Source: an uncultured Gammaproteobacteria bacterium
GTDB lineage: Bacteria; Patescibacteriota; Microgenomatia; Daviesbacterales; UBA10151
Reading direction: 5' to 3'
DNA length: 64,000 nt
NCBI GenBank assembly: GCA_964523905.1
Contig: CAZFYQ010000001.1
Span: 40,718 to 104,717, forward strand
In this document: positions 19,601-28,833 of the stretch, in pieces
How the letters are laid out: each line of letters opens with the position of its first letter
Position numbering within the stretch: the first letter of the stretch is position 1
Position numbers and translations under genes: made by a program
The notes under the pieces: generated by a model
Told to the model about the DNA's origin: nothing
The model's input: the letters and a program-made list of their open reading frames with translations, nothing else
Databases searched by the model: none

Positions 19601-21771
19601 CCCGGTACTCCACCACTATTAACCGGTGGAGGAATCTGGTTACCGGTAACAGGACTAGTGACAATTAAAGGGAAGTTAGTACAGTTATTTAATATATTAG
19701 GTTCAGAAACAAGATTATGATTGGAATCAGCGCAAACCCGTACTGAATATGCTCCAGGTTGAGAAACTGTCCATTGGCTACCTTCACTAACAGGTATTAC
19801 CTCACCACCATTTTGTCCATTACAAGCTGGAGGCTGAGTTGAAGCAAAGCCGGTAAAGAGCGCTCGTCCGGTTGGTATGGCATCTTTAGGGAAAGTACCC
19901 TTAAATACTGCAAAACTGGTTGTGAAACTATTACCAGAAATATTGGAAGCAATACAACCTGTATGAAGCGCGTTGACAATAGTAGCTGCAAAACTTAAGG
20001 ATTTTCCAGTGGTAATTTGTTTAGGATCTCCCGGAGTAGCAGTAATAACAAAGTCTCTAGGACTGCCGGTGTTTTGAACTGTCAGGTCAGGAAATGGTCC
20101 TTGAATTGGTCCACCGTTGCTGTAATAAACAGTGGGGGTTGGTGTAGTAGAGATGTTAGGATTTGGGGAAGTAATTGGGACTGAAGGGTTACCAGGAGTA
20201 GTAATTGTTTTAGTGACACAATTATCAGACTCATTTGATTCAGGTGATTGATTAGTATAATCAGCACAAGCTCGGACATTATATGTTGAGCCAGGATCTA
20301 ATGCACCAGTGGTTAAAGTATCATCTTTGGATTGTCCGGGTACTATTAGACCAACATTATCTAAAGGTTTAGCAGCTACAACCGTATTATCGCTGGCTTT
20401 ACTAACAGTCAATAATTCTGATGAATTTAATACTGGTTCTGCGTTGGGGGTTAAAGGATCTATAAAATGAGCAGAAAAAACCCATCCTTGATTATTATCT
20501 TCAGTAGGTTGATCAACTTGAGCGGTAAGATTTGGTAGGTTTGCATATTCTGCTCCTGTACACATTCCGATATCCCGATCTGCAAATACCCAGTTAGGGC
20601 TATGAACCCAAGGGTCTGCGGTAGAACCTGATTCAGATATCGTACGATCACCTACATTAAGCCCAACTGTCATATGAAGATGAACAAAGGCCTGTGAAAC
20701 CAGGTTACCTGCAATATGCCAGGATTGCTTGGTATCATTAACATTAATATCCTCATTAGGTGTAGTAATATTTTGATAAACATGAAGATACTGTAAAGTC
20801 CAAACCTGACCGTCTGGCGCATCAACTGAATGATAAACTCGTGCATAACCTGTACCAGCATCAAACCATCCAATGTATTGCCATGTCACTACATGTCCAT
20901 CAATGGTTGGTAAATATACCGGATCGCCGGCATTTTTAGCGATGCCAGATCCCTGATCTGTAATATCAATTGATTTGGCAGTTCGTATCAGGTCTCCGGC
21001 AGCATTTTTTACAGGATTACAAATCCCTTGGTCTGCAATATATTGGGGACTACAATGGCCACCAATACCGGTTCCAGCATTTATTCCGGAAGTTGCTGAA
21101 CACCCTTGACTGGTGAATCCTCCAAAAGTTGTGGGTGGACCATAAGAACCGCAACTTATTTTACCCTCAGGGACTGGACAGCTAAAGACATGACCAGTGT
21201 TTGTAGTTGGATTAGTCGGATTGGCAGGAGTGTTGGGATTAGTTTGAATTGGAATTTGGGTTGCACCACCTGGTTCTGAGTTATTAGCGGTAGTGACATT
21301 ATTGCTTCCTTGAACATTTAAGGGATAATTGGCAATTGTGCCAACCTGACCACTGGTATTTTCCGGTATCACTGCTAAGTTGTAGTTACCGCTACTAACA
21401 GTCTGCGGAATTTGATAAGTCCAAGTGCCAGCGCTATTAACCGGGACTGAGGCAGTTGTACCATTAGGTGCAAGAGTTAGAATTGCTTTACCTCCGGGAG
21501 TGCCGGTGCCTGTAATGCTGTCTGCTTGAGTGATTTGGTTAGGAGCAGTGGCGCTAAAATTACGTACTGAGTAAGTTTGAGGACTATGATGAAGTCGGGG
21601 TAGAATTTGATTCTTATAAACCCAGAAGCCGGCAGGAATAAGTATTACCAAGAGAAGTAAAATGGAAAGTTTAATGATAGTTTTTTTGGGGAGATTTTTA
21701 AACATTAGAAATGGTGAAGGTTCTGGAGGAGTGTAGTTGGGTGATATATAAACTTGCGGGTTAGTATCCAC
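16669..21771 (-). CDS. 1700-aa multidomain surface protein (Ig-like, M23-like, CARDB-like, PKD-like, GH TIM barrel)
   Basis: N-terminal TM; CARDB-like PDLTV...CADSNH..E...NNC; GH clan A-like IGLEVN and FISETGW; P/T linkers. Confidence 0.8.
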   Translation of the reverse strand: MDTNPQVYISPNYTPPEPSPFLMFKNLPKKTIIKLSILLLLVILIPAGFWVYKNQILPRLHHSPQTYSVRNFSATAPNQITQADSITGTGTPGGKAILTLAPNGTTASVPVNSAGTWTYQIPQTVSSGNYNLAVIPENTSGQVGTIANYPLNVQGSNNVTTANNSEPGGATQIPIQTNPNTPANPTNPTTNTGHVFSCPVPEGKISCGSYGPPTTFGGFTSQGCSATSGINAGTGIGGHCSPQYIADQGICNPVKNAAGDLIRTAKSIDITDQGSGIAKNAGDPVYLPTIDGHVVTWQYIGWFDAGTGYARVYHSVDAPDGQVWTLQYLHVYQNITTPNEDINVNDTKQSWHIAGNLVSQAFVHLHMTVGLNVGDRTISESGSTADPWVHSPNWVFADRDIGMCTGAEYANLPNLTAQVDQPTEDNNQGWVFSAHFIDPLTPNAEPVLNSSELLTVSKASDNTVVAAKPLDNVGLIVPGQSKDDTLTTGALDPGSTYNVRACADYTNQSPESNESDNCVTKTITTPGNPSVPITSPNPNISTTPTPTVYYSNGGPIQGPFPDLTVQNTGSPRDFVITATPGDPKQITTGKSLSFAATIVNALHTGCIASNISGNSFTTSFAVFKGTFPKDAIPTGRALFTGFASTQPPACNGQNGGEVIPVSEGSQWTVSQPGAYSVRVCADSNHNLVSEPNILNNCTNFPLIVTSPVTGNQIPPPVNSGGVPGGFPVSVDVSCDGTTPKVSLNLRPSSGDAVYIVRTLSPYSFIQNPDGYHDSIWVDHNYAYANIPPTDNAASGIIKNDPADFSGFDGAAPDLVSGTSYQYIMSAGNPAGSFDGTSHVLVTPACTTPVQVTCSAAYPKPGPLGTPADTVIWTANATAGNGTYDYSWSGDPASHYYSGLDGKTAQVDYAIPGTYQATVTVKSGGTTATANCQVNTATNSASHTPAASPTPNPTSPANPQPVNFKLGVKFFSPGTSVSGQTGWNSANDVASLAYIQRSWNDLHNPDISTDVNDSKNAGLDTYIAFDPLCNSRNKVASSDGTDHCSDSTPVTFQNQYSNPDNNSFINTMVDIARTYHPKYLLIGLEVNTYKNANQTDYNYFAHTLYPKAYDAIKAVSSNTQVAVSFTANSDLRQELADFNNKVDVLAVSLYPEFSYGSDINNIPTNLLSSIIDSSGSNLPLFISETGWISTSWQSFPASPDAQSAYINRLRQMVDQAKNNGKSIAAINYVSLADVNCNQQQISSEFGWYCYLGLMSPNGSPKPAFQEMRSWKNNAPSTISPTSTTHQKQLISITVNGQQIYPQNPNGIDLNLNSSSAYLMEITYLDSQGHQQTATRSLVFQRPAVSPTTSPTDTGWTFCSNEFENCSIPGNATVRFGANGQFITKVFAQGTYVCGNGTFGSDPAPTILKRCEYQLGGNIVPTNAPIIEEAAPTPTPSRNHPNCRSISCPAPTDGCTYQNQITSTCDANVTLTCGNLVCTGSAPSANTPTPTLTTPTTHQKQLLRITVNDQEIYPNNSSGLDLDLNANTSYLMTITYLDQNGQQQTISRSLIFQRPYSPPTSTPEPSPVIINPAPSIITDIAAENLSLSPQSPTVGQPVSFEADTANLGTVALNPTTTALGVIRSSNPSNICDTTVSFTTFISTIPATNQLNPGSSQHFSYPNSWTPTEAGNYCFAVIADFYNQVNDNNPANNRTGIPFVVSP
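17114..17926 (-). repeat. Two copies of a ~59-aa module (about 17750-17926 and 17114-17290)
   Basis: THQKQLISITVNGQQIYP...TRSLVFQRP versus THQKQLLRITVNDQEIYP...SRSLIFQRP. Confidence 0.85.
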
Positions 21772-21807
21772 ACTTCATTTTAAGCATAAACCCGGGAAAA
21801 AGTATAG

Positions 21808-22509
21808 CTACTGGAAGATAACTGAGCCGAAGTTTTGGATTGAATTTGTTTGGCCACTTTGATCTTTGGCAGACATATTAACATTTACAGTCTGAGCTGT
21901 AGTGGAGGTGATTGTAAAGACGACGTTGCCGTTACCGTCAGTAGTACCGGATTGAGGGGTAAAGGTCACATTAGAACTACTGGTGGATAAAGTGACTGTT
22001 TCACCTCCCAGGGCATTACCTCCGGAACTTTTTAAAGTAATAGTAATAGTTGATGAGCTATTGGCTGGTAAAGTACCAGGATTAGCCACGAATTTGGATT
22101 GACCAGAATCAGGTGCCGGTGCAGGAGTGACAGTAGGAGTAATAGTGGGAGTTGGAGTATTAGTGGGACCGGCAGTAGGAGTAATAGTGGGGGTTGGGCT
22201 TTTAGTTGGTATTACCGTCGACTGGTAAGTAGTAGGCTCAGGAGTATCTGTTGGCTCAAGAGTTGGGGTAGGACTACCGTCTGGAAGAGGTTGATAAGAT
22301 GAATAATCAACTGAAGGAATAAAATATTGTTTAATTCCATATAAAACAGCCAGAATTACAATCAAAATAATTGCAGAGTAAAATTTATGAGTCAGAATGT
22401 ACTTTTTAACAGCTGTAATCCGCTGATGTTTAGAAATCTTGTTAAACTGATGAGTCAAATTGTTATCTTCCATGCAAAATAATATTATACACGACTTTTT
22501 ATTTGACAC
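21808..22509 (-). CDS. Membrane-anchored Big_1 (invasin-type Ig) domain protein
   Basis: TM, TP-repeat stalk, SSTITITLKSSGGNAL...GTTDGNGNVVF. Confidence 0.78.
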   Translation of the reverse strand: MSNKKSCIILFCMEDNNLTHQFNKISKHQRITAVKKYILTHKFYSAIILIVILAVLYGIKQYFIPSVDYSSYQPLPDGSPTPTLEPTDTPEPTTYQSTVIPTKSPTPTITPTAGPTNTPTPTITPTVTPAPAPDSGQSKFVANPGTLPANSSSTITITLKSSGGNALGGETVTLSTSSSNVTFTPQSGTTDGNGNVVFTITSTTAQTVNVNMSAKDQSGQTNSIQNFGSVIFQ

Positions 22510-22537
22510 TCACACTAGTAAGTAAGATAATCAACTT

Positions 22538-22843
22538 ATGATTGCAAAACTGGCTAATTTTGATCCAGTTACTTATCTTAATATTGATCAGTCTTCCTAT
22601 TCACCACAGGAGTTGGGACAGCTACGCCAGGATTTGATGGCTAAAATGGGCGAATATGTCTTATTAAAACTTTCCCAAGATTTTACAGATGAGCAAGTCA
22701 ATTATCTAACTCCACTGGATGGTCAAGCAATATTTAATACGTTAGAAACTCATTTACCGGATTTTCAAAATAAATTTATGTTGGAATTAGATAACTTTAA
22801 AAAAGATTATGAAGCAGCAGGAGCAAATGATGCCAGAAATTAG
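22538..22843 (+). CDS. Small helical hypothetical protein (DUF5663-like)
   Basis: Acidic all-helical ORF; -10-like TAAGAT/GATAAT just upstream. Confidence 0.6.
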   Translation: MIAKLANFDPVTYLNIDQSSYSPQELGQLRQDLMAKMGEYVLLKLSQDFTDEQVNYLTPLDGQAIFNTLETHLPDFQNKFMLELDNFKKDYEAAGANDARN

Positions 22844-23696
22844 TCAGCTGCCAGTAGAACAAGGCCCTGCACCAATAGGTAGAATTGAGAGTTTTTTGAA
22901 TCCCTTGCAAAGCGGTCGTGAGACAATGGCGAAAATCGCAAGCAGCGTGGGTTTAGCTTTAATTTTAAATGCCTGCGGGCCAGTTCAATCAAAAGAATTT
23001 ACCCCGCCGCCACCAGTTGTTGATCAAGGCAGATTAGGTCCGGAAGTAGCCGGGGCAGAGGTTGTTGATGTACCGGCACCAAAAACTGAACAAAGAGTTC
23101 AGCTGGAAAAAGAGGCTGACCAAGTAGTTGATGTAATTGATCAGTTAGTTAAGAAAGATTTTCGAGAAAAATATGGTCTAAATACGAGCGACATCAGAGA
23201 TCAATTAAAGAAAGAGGGTGACGCTAAAATACAAGAGGTAGTGAAAAGAAATCCCGCATATCCCCCAGGAAATACCAGGGAGTATTCAGCATTTGATGGC
23301 ATTACGGTTGATCAAGGACGGAATTCAAGAGGCGAGTCTACCTATACTACAGTGAATGTGGCGACCATTGATGGGCATTATAGTCCAGTGAGGCAGGGTA
23401 GTGGAAACCAGCCAATCACTCTGGAATCCATCGCAAATGCCACTAAAAACGTGGATCAAATATTTAATCTACAACCAGGCTCTAATGGTTTTAATCCACA
23501 GAGTGTAAAGGACCTCGGTCTTTGGAATGCCGAGATGCAAATGGATAAAGATGAATCACTTAGGCCAACAGGAGTAGTATCAGTTAGATACACATTGCCG
23601 GACGGTAAAATTTTTACAGTTGGTGTTTCAACCGGCGCAGGTTATGAATTAAATAGTGCCACTATTTCAGATCCTTCAAAATCAGGGGGAAAATAA
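22809..23696 (+). CDS. Hypothetical lipoprotein-like protein
   Basis: Hydrophobic stretch ending in lipobox-like LNAC after an N-terminal extension; start probably 22827-22830. Confidence 0.6.
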   Translation: MKQQEQMMPEISQLPVEQGPAPIGRIESFLNPLQSGRETMAKIASSVGLALILNACGPVQSKEFTPPPPVVDQGRLGPEVAGAEVVDVPAPKTEQRVQLEKEADQVVDVIDQLVKKDFREKYGLNTSDIRDQLKKEGDAKIQEVVKRNPAYPPGNTREYSAFDGITVDQGRNSRGESTYTTVNVATIDGHYSPVRQGSGNQPITLESIANATKNVDQIFNLQPGSNGFNPQSVKDLGLWNAEMQMDKDESLRPTGVVSVRYTLPDGKIFTVGVSTGAGYELNSATISDPSKSGGK

Positions 23697-23698
23697 TA

Positions 23699-23938
23699 AT
23701 GAATAAAGGATTAGTAGTATTGGCATTAATATTGGGAATAATTTTATTAATTGCAGCTGTGGTTTATTTTATTACTCCGGCTAGCGCCCTACCTAGTTTT
23801 ATGCCCGGATATGATGTGACTTTGACTAAAACGCATTTAAAACATGGCATTGGTTCACTATTTTTATCTCTGGCTTTATTTGCTTTTGCCTGGTTTAATT
23901 CCAAAAAGAAATCATCTCCACAAATAGAGGGAAATTAA
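23699..23938 (+). CDS. Small two-TM membrane protein
   Basis: YFITPASALPSFMPG loop, KHG before second TM. Confidence 0.7.
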   Translation: MNKGLVVLALILGIILLIAAVVYFITPASALPSFMPGYDVTLTKTHLKHGIGSLFLSLALFAFAWFNSKKKSSPQIEGN

Positions 23939-24751
23939 TCCGCCAACCAATAAACAATAAACGGCAAACGGGGTTAAAGTGTTGGTTTGAAAATATTTCA
24001 GCAAAAACTTTACTGCAAAATAAGCACTGATACCGGCACTGAGTGCTCCAAGTAAAGCTGCCAACAGCAGTTGATTATCTCCCAGACTAATTAAATCCGG
24101 TAATTTCAATAAAGCTGCCGCCCCAATAATCGGAGTGGCCAGTAAAAAAGAAAACCGCAAGGAATCTTCGTGAGAAAGTCCCACCAGTAAGCTACCAACT
24201 ATGGTAGCACCGGTCCTGGAAAAGCCGGGGATTAAAGCAATTGCTTGTAAAGTCCCCACCTTAGCTGTCTGGAAAAAAGACAGTTGAGCAATTTTTCCAT
24301 CAGTTTCTTGACTTTTTCTTCTTAAAACTTCTCCGGCAAATAAAAGTAAGCCGTTTAAAAAAAGAAAAGCTGCTGCAGAGGTAGCTGATGCAAAAAAGCC
24401 TCTTAAAGCATCTTCAAATAGCAGACCAAGAATACCAGCAGGAATGGTACCGACTATTAGTAACCAACCTAATTTGGCATCAGTGTCAGTTGATTTAATC
24501 TCGCGTTCTTTTAGTGAGCGAAAAATTCCGGCAATAATTTTGACCCATTCTTTCCGGAAAAAGAAAAACAAAACTGTGGCAGTTGCAAAATGAGTAGCCA
24601 CTAAAAAGTCTAGGAAAAACGGATCATTTTGATGAATATTCCAGCCCAACAGCCTTGGTAAAATTACGCTGTGGCCTAAACTGGAGATTGGGAAAAGCTC
24701 AGAAATCCCTTGCAGGAGTCCCAAGATAATCGCCTGAACAGGAGTAATCAT
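23912..24751 (-). CDS. uppP: Undecaprenyl-diphosphate phosphatase
   Basis: QGISELFPISSLGH, PGFSRTGATI, FSFLLATP. Confidence 0.93.
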   Translation of the reverse strand: MITPVQAIILGLLQGISELFPISSLGHSVILPRLLGWNIHQNDPFFLDFLVATHFATATVLFFFFRKEWVKIIAGIFRSLKEREIKSTDTDAKLGWLLIVGTIPAGILGLLFEDALRGFFASATSAAAFLFLNGLLLFAGEVLRRKSQETDGKIAQLSFFQTAKVGTLQAIALIPGFSRTGATIVGSLLVGLSHEDSLRFSFLLATPIIGAAALLKLPDLISLGDNQLLLAALLGALSAGISAYFAVKFLLKYFQTNTLTPFAVYCLLVGGLISLYLWR

Positions 24752-24754
24752 TGT

Positions 24755-25246
24755 CTATACCGATGGCTCGGTTGCTTGCCAGTCTTGGGGCGTGCCTTCA
24801 ATAACAGTGCTTTCCAAATCAGTAAAATCAGAGAATTTAAAATAGGTAATGGTAATTTCCCCGAAAACATAACCATTATCAATGGCCAGCTTCATAACCG
24901 GTGGCCAGTTAGGAGTTCTGGTATTAATATTGGCTGTTTCCAGATAACGATGTGACAGTTCATGTTTTTTATCCTCGTCCTCAACCAGCTTAATTGTACC
25001 TTCCACCTGCATCACAATTGGTTCCATTTCCTGGCCAACGACTAAGGCCACTTTATTATTTTGGCTGATATTTTTAATCTTGCGGCTGTCTTTGGCAGTC
25101 ACTATATATAAATGAAAGTTGTCATCAGTTAAGTAGTAAACAAAAGAAGCTTCCGGAGCATTTTCGCTATTAACTGTAGCAATCGCAGCTAAACGATTAC
25201 TTGTTAGAAATTTCCAGGCTTTAAGATGGTCGTTATCAGGATTCAT
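24755..25246 (-). CDS. Pyridoxamine 5'-phosphate oxidase-like FMN-binding protein
   Basis: AAIATVNSENAP, TAKDSRKIKNISQNNKVAL. Confidence 0.8.
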   Translation of the reverse strand: MNPDNDHLKAWKFLTSNRLAAIATVNSENAPEASFVYYLTDDNFHLYIVTAKDSRKIKNISQNNKVALVVGQEMEPIVMQVEGTIKLVEDEDKKHELSHRYLETANINTRTPNWPPVMKLAIDNGYVFGEITITYFKFSDFTDLESTVIEGTPQDWQATEPSV

Positions 25247-25315
25247 TAGACCCTTTCATTATATGAGGGTTAATAGTAAATTACAATTAGTGAGGTTTTG
25301 GGTTAATATATTAAT

Positions 25316-26242
25316 ATGAAAATTGGAATCTTTAATATCTCTTCTAAGCAACAGCCATTTTTTGAGGAGCAATTACCAGGACACCAGGTTACTTTTGCCG
25401 AGGATCTAACAGCTGGTGGAGATTTTGAGGTGATTTCAATTTTTAAATCAGAGATTACGGAAGATACTGTTAAACTATTTCCCAATCTAAAAATGATTGC
25501 TCTTCGTTCTACAGGTTATGACAATGTGGAAGAAGGATGCGTTAAGCAAAATAACATTGTGGTTTGTAATGTGCCTGCTTACGGTCGGCATACAGTAGCC
25601 GAGTTTACTTTTGGTTTGATTTTGTCTTTAACCCGCCGAATTCCCTGGGCTGTTAATCATCTTAAAACAACCCAGCAATTCGTATACGAGGGTTTTGAAG
25701 GGATGGATTTATTTGGAAAAACGATCGGGGTAGTGGGTACTGGTAAAATCGGGGCTAATGTGATCAAAATCGCCAAGGGTTTTGAGATGAAAGTTTTAGC
25801 ATACGATACTTACCCTAATCAGGAATTATCTAAAAGTTTAGGTTTTGAATATACCAGCCTGGAGAACTTGTTAAAAAATTCCGATATAGTGACTTTACAT
25901 ACTCCTTCAACGCCTGAAACCAAGCACTTAATTAATGAAAGCAATTTAAGTTTAATGAAAAAAACTGCCTACCTGGTTAATACATCACGAGGGGTAGTGG
26001 TAGAAACTGAGGCTTTAATTAAGGCTTTGGAAAATCAGCAAATTAAAGGTGCAGGGATTGATGTGCTGGAAGATGAAACAAATCTAACAGCTGAGGAAGC
26101 AAAGCTGCTGGATTTGGACAGTGTCCTGGCCACACCGCACATGGCTTTTTATACAAAAGAAGCGGAACAGGCTATTTTGCAAACAACTGTAGAAAATATC
26201 CTTAATTTTATTAAAGGAGTTACTACTAACGCAGTAGTTTAA
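25316..26242 (+). CDS. D-2-hydroxyacid dehydrogenase (D-lactate dehydrogenase-like)
   Basis: RSTGYDN, NVPAYG, GTGKIG, VNTSRG, DVLEDE, TPHMAFYT. Confidence 0.9.
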   Translation: MKIGIFNISSKQQPFFEEQLPGHQVTFAEDLTAGGDFEVISIFKSEITEDTVKLFPNLKMIALRSTGYDNVEEGCVKQNNIVVCNVPAYGRHTVAEFTFGLILSLTRRIPWAVNHLKTTQQFVYEGFEGMDLFGKTIGVVGTGKIGANVIKIAKGFEMKVLAYDTYPNQELSKSLGFEYTSLENLLKNSDIVTLHTPSTPETKHLINESNLSLMKKTAYLVNTSRGVVVETEALIKALENQQIKGAGIDVLEDETNLTAEEAKLLDLDSVLATPHMAFYTKEAEQAILQTTVENILNFIKGVTTNAVV

Positions 26243-26246
26243 TTAT

Positions 26247-26894
26247 ATGGATGCATCGGTTAAACAAAAGCTGGATGATTTTTTTAAAGGCTATAAAAAC
26301 TCAAAATACAAAAAGGGTGAGATTTTAATCAGGGCTGATGACTTTCCTTCAGGGGTATTTTATCTAGTAGATGGGATAGTCAGAAGATATGCAATTTCCG
26401 CAGCTGGGGAAGAGCTAACCATCAATATGTTTAAGCCCATTTCATATTTTCCAATGGACTGGGCAATTAATAACACCATCTCTACACATTACTATGAAGC
26501 GATGACCGCAGTAGAAGTTTACCGGGCTCCCAAAGAAGAGGTCTTAAAGTTTATTAAACAAAATCCCGATGTGATGTTTGATTTAATGTCCAGAATTTAT
26601 TACGGTTTGGAAGGTTATATGCTGCGGATGGAATATTTAATGGGTGGTAATGCCCGGGCTAGGCTAATAACAGAACTGTTAATTTATGCTAAACGGTTTG
26701 GTAAAGAAAATGGCAGTAAAGTGATTGTTGATATGAAAGTAACAGAAAAAGATCTGGCATCTGAGGTGGGGATGACCAGAGAAACAGTGTCTCGGGAAAT
26801 GCAAAAACTTATGAAACTGGGAGTAATTGAATTTAAGAGTAATCAACTAATTGTTAATGATATGAAAAAACTCCAACTTTTGCTTTCTGTGTGA
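26247..26894 (+). CDS. Crp/Fnr-family transcriptional regulator
   Basis: cNMP-binding fold; HTH LASEVGMTRETVSR. Confidence 0.92.
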   Translation: MDASVKQKLDDFFKGYKNSKYKKGEILIRADDFPSGVFYLVDGIVRRYAISAAGEELTINMFKPISYFPMDWAINNTISTHYYEAMTAVEVYRAPKEEVLKFIKQNPDVMFDLMSRIYYGLEGYMLRMEYLMGGNARARLITELLIYAKRFGKENGSKVIVDMKVTEKDLASEVGMTRETVSREMQKLMKLGVIEFKSNQLIVNDMKKLQLLLSV

Positions 26895-26932
26895 TCTCAG
26901 TCACTGCCTGCATATGTATTTAATTAGATAAT
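26890..26932 (+). promoter_or_regulatory. Crp-type box TGTGA-N6-TCACT with -10 GATAAT (class II geometry)
   Basis: Box at 26890-26905, 9/10 match to TGTGA-N6-TCACA; centre at -41.5 relative to the start implied by the -10 at 26927-26932. Confidence 0.65.
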
Positions 26933-26952
26933 CCTGATACAGTAAGAATAAG

Positions 26953-27582
26953 ATGGCGTACTTGATTTTAGTCAGACACGGAGTAACCGATTGGAATGTG
27001 GAGGGAAGGTGGCATGGCATGACTGATATTCCGTTAAATCTTGAGGGTAAAAAACAAGCTCGGGAAGCAGCAGGTATATTAAAAGGCACTCAAATTGATG
27101 CAATTTATACATCAGAGCTAAGCCGGGTGACCCAAACTGCTGATGAAATTTGTGATGAACTACAACTATCGTGTAACATTGTTAAACATCCAGCCTTAAA
27201 TGAACGGGATTATGGAATATATACCGGCAAAAATAAATGGGAAGTAGAAAAAGAGTTAGGGCATGAAGCGTTTGTTAATCTGCGCCGCGGTTGGAACCAG
27301 CCGATCCCGGAAGGGGAAGCTTTAAAAGATGTGTATGATAGGGTGGTGCCGTTTTATCAAGAAAAAATCCTGGCTGATTTAAAGTCCGGCAAAAACGTGT
27401 TGGTTGTTTCATCCGGCAATACTCTGCGGGCTTTAATTAAATATCTGGAAAACATTTCTGATGATGAAATTGCTAAAATGGAATTAAACTTCGGGGAAAT
27501 ATTAATGTATCAAATTGATCAAACGGGAAAAATCTTGTCCAAAGCCAGTTTGGCAACTGATTTGTATCAATCTAAACATTAA
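26953..27582 (+). CDS. gpmA: 2,3-bisphosphoglycerate-dependent phosphoglycerate mutase
   Basis: LVRHG, LNERDYG, LRRGW, PEGE, SGNTLRALIKYL; the His of the usual AHGNSLR motif is replaced by Ser. Confidence 0.82.
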   Translation: MAYLILVRHGVTDWNVEGRWHGMTDIPLNLEGKKQAREAAGILKGTQIDAIYTSELSRVTQTADEICDELQLSCNIVKHPALNERDYGIYTGKNKWEVEKELGHEAFVNLRRGWNQPIPEGEALKDVYDRVVPFYQEKILADLKSGKNVLVVSSGNTLRALIKYLENISDDEIAKMELNFGEILMYQIDQTGKILSKASLATDLYQSKH

Positions 27583-28833
27583 ATGAAAATCACCAACATT
27601 ACAGCCAGACAAATATTAGATTCTAAAGCAACCCCTACAGTTGAAGTTGATGTGATTTTGGAAAATGGTATGGTTGCCAGAGCAGCAGTGCCATCAGGTG
27701 CTTCAACTGGTACAACAGAAGCAGTTGAGCTGCGGGATGATGATGCCAGTCACTACGCGGGTAAAGGAGTTTTAAAAGCAGTTACCAATGTTAATGAGAT
27801 CATTGCTAAAGAAATTATTAGTTTAGATGTAGAAAATCAGGACTTAATTGACCAAAAACTAATTGATTTGGATGGAACGGAAAATAAATCTAAACTGGGG
27901 GCCAACGCAATTTTGGGAGTATCAATGGCGGTTTGTAAAGCTGCAGCCAAAGCCTTAAAAAAGCCTCTTTACCAATATATCTCGGAAATCTCCGGTAACT
28001 CAAAAATGAATTTGCCGCGGCCAATGGTGTTACTTTTAGAAGGTGGTAAACATGGTAACTGGTCAACTGATATCCAGGAATTTATGATTATGCCAGGAGT
28101 TGGAAAATTCTATAGCTTTGCTGAGACTTTAGAAGCGGCTGTGAAAGTTTTTACGGCTCTGGAGAAAATATTAGTTAGTAAAAAATATTCAGTGGGTTTG
28201 GGTTTTGAAGGAGCTTTTTGTCCGCAGGAAATATCTTCTAATGAGGAAGCCTTGCAACTGTTAGTAGAAGCAATCAACAATGCGGGTTTTGAGCCAGGGA
28301 AAGATTTTGTTTTGGCAATTGACGGGGCAGCTAGTGAGTTTTTTGAGCAGGGACAGTATCATTTAAAGAGTGAAGATAAAACCTACTCGCCAAAAGAGTG
28401 GAGTGATAAATTGATTGAGCTGACGAAAAACTATCCGATTTTTTCTTTAGAAGATATGCATCAGGAAGAATTGTGGGATGATTGGGCCTATTTATTATCA
28501 AATTTAGGAAACTATCAAATAGTGGGTGATGATTTAGTAACTACTAATCTTGAAAGAATTAAAAAAGCCGCTGATAAAAAAGCGATTAATTCCGTATTAA
28601 TAAAACCAAACCAAATAGGTACTGTCACTGAAACTATCAAGGCAGTTCAGCTAACTCATCAGCTAGGTTGGACTTCGGTAGTTTCTCACCGCGGCGGTGA
28701 AACGAATGATGATTTTATTGCGGATTTTTGTGTAGGAGTAGGCAGTGAGCAATGTAAATTTGGTGGGCCAGTGCGGGGAGAAAGACTGGCAAAATATAAT
28801 CAGTTACTTAGAATTGAAGAAGAGGTTAAATGA
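27583..28833 (+). CDS. eno: Enolase (divergent)
   Basis: VPSGASTG, LGANAILGVS, IQEFMI, IVGDDL, LIKPNQIG, VSHRGGET, KYNQLLRIEE. Confidence 0.92.
   Translation: MKITNITARQILDSKATPTVEVDVILENGMVARAAVPSGASTGTTEAVELRDDDASHYAGKGVLKAVTNVNEIIAKEIISLDVENQDLIDQKLIDLDGTENKSKLGANAILGVSMAVCKAAAKALKKPLYQYISEISGNSKMNLPRPMVLLLEGGKHGNWSTDIQEFMIMPGVGKFYSFAETLEAAVKVFTALEKILVSKKYSVGLGFEGAFCPQEISSNEEALQLLVEAINNAGFEPGKDFVLAIDGAASEFFEQGQYHLKSEDKTYSPKEWSDKLIELTKNYPIFSLEDMHQEELWDDWAYLLSNLGNYQIVGDDLVTTNLERIKKAADKKAINSVLIKPNQIGTVTETIKAVQLTHQLGWTSVVSHRGGETNDDFIADFCVGVGSEQCKFGGPVRGERLAKYNQLLRIEEEVK

Noticed and set aside
22110-22275. Tandem DNA repeats in the Big_1 gene
   Set aside because: Explained by the Thr-Pro stalk coding sequence
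25250-25315. Crp box upstream of the dehydrogenase
   Set aside because: No TGTGA-N6-TCACA-like match at a sensible position
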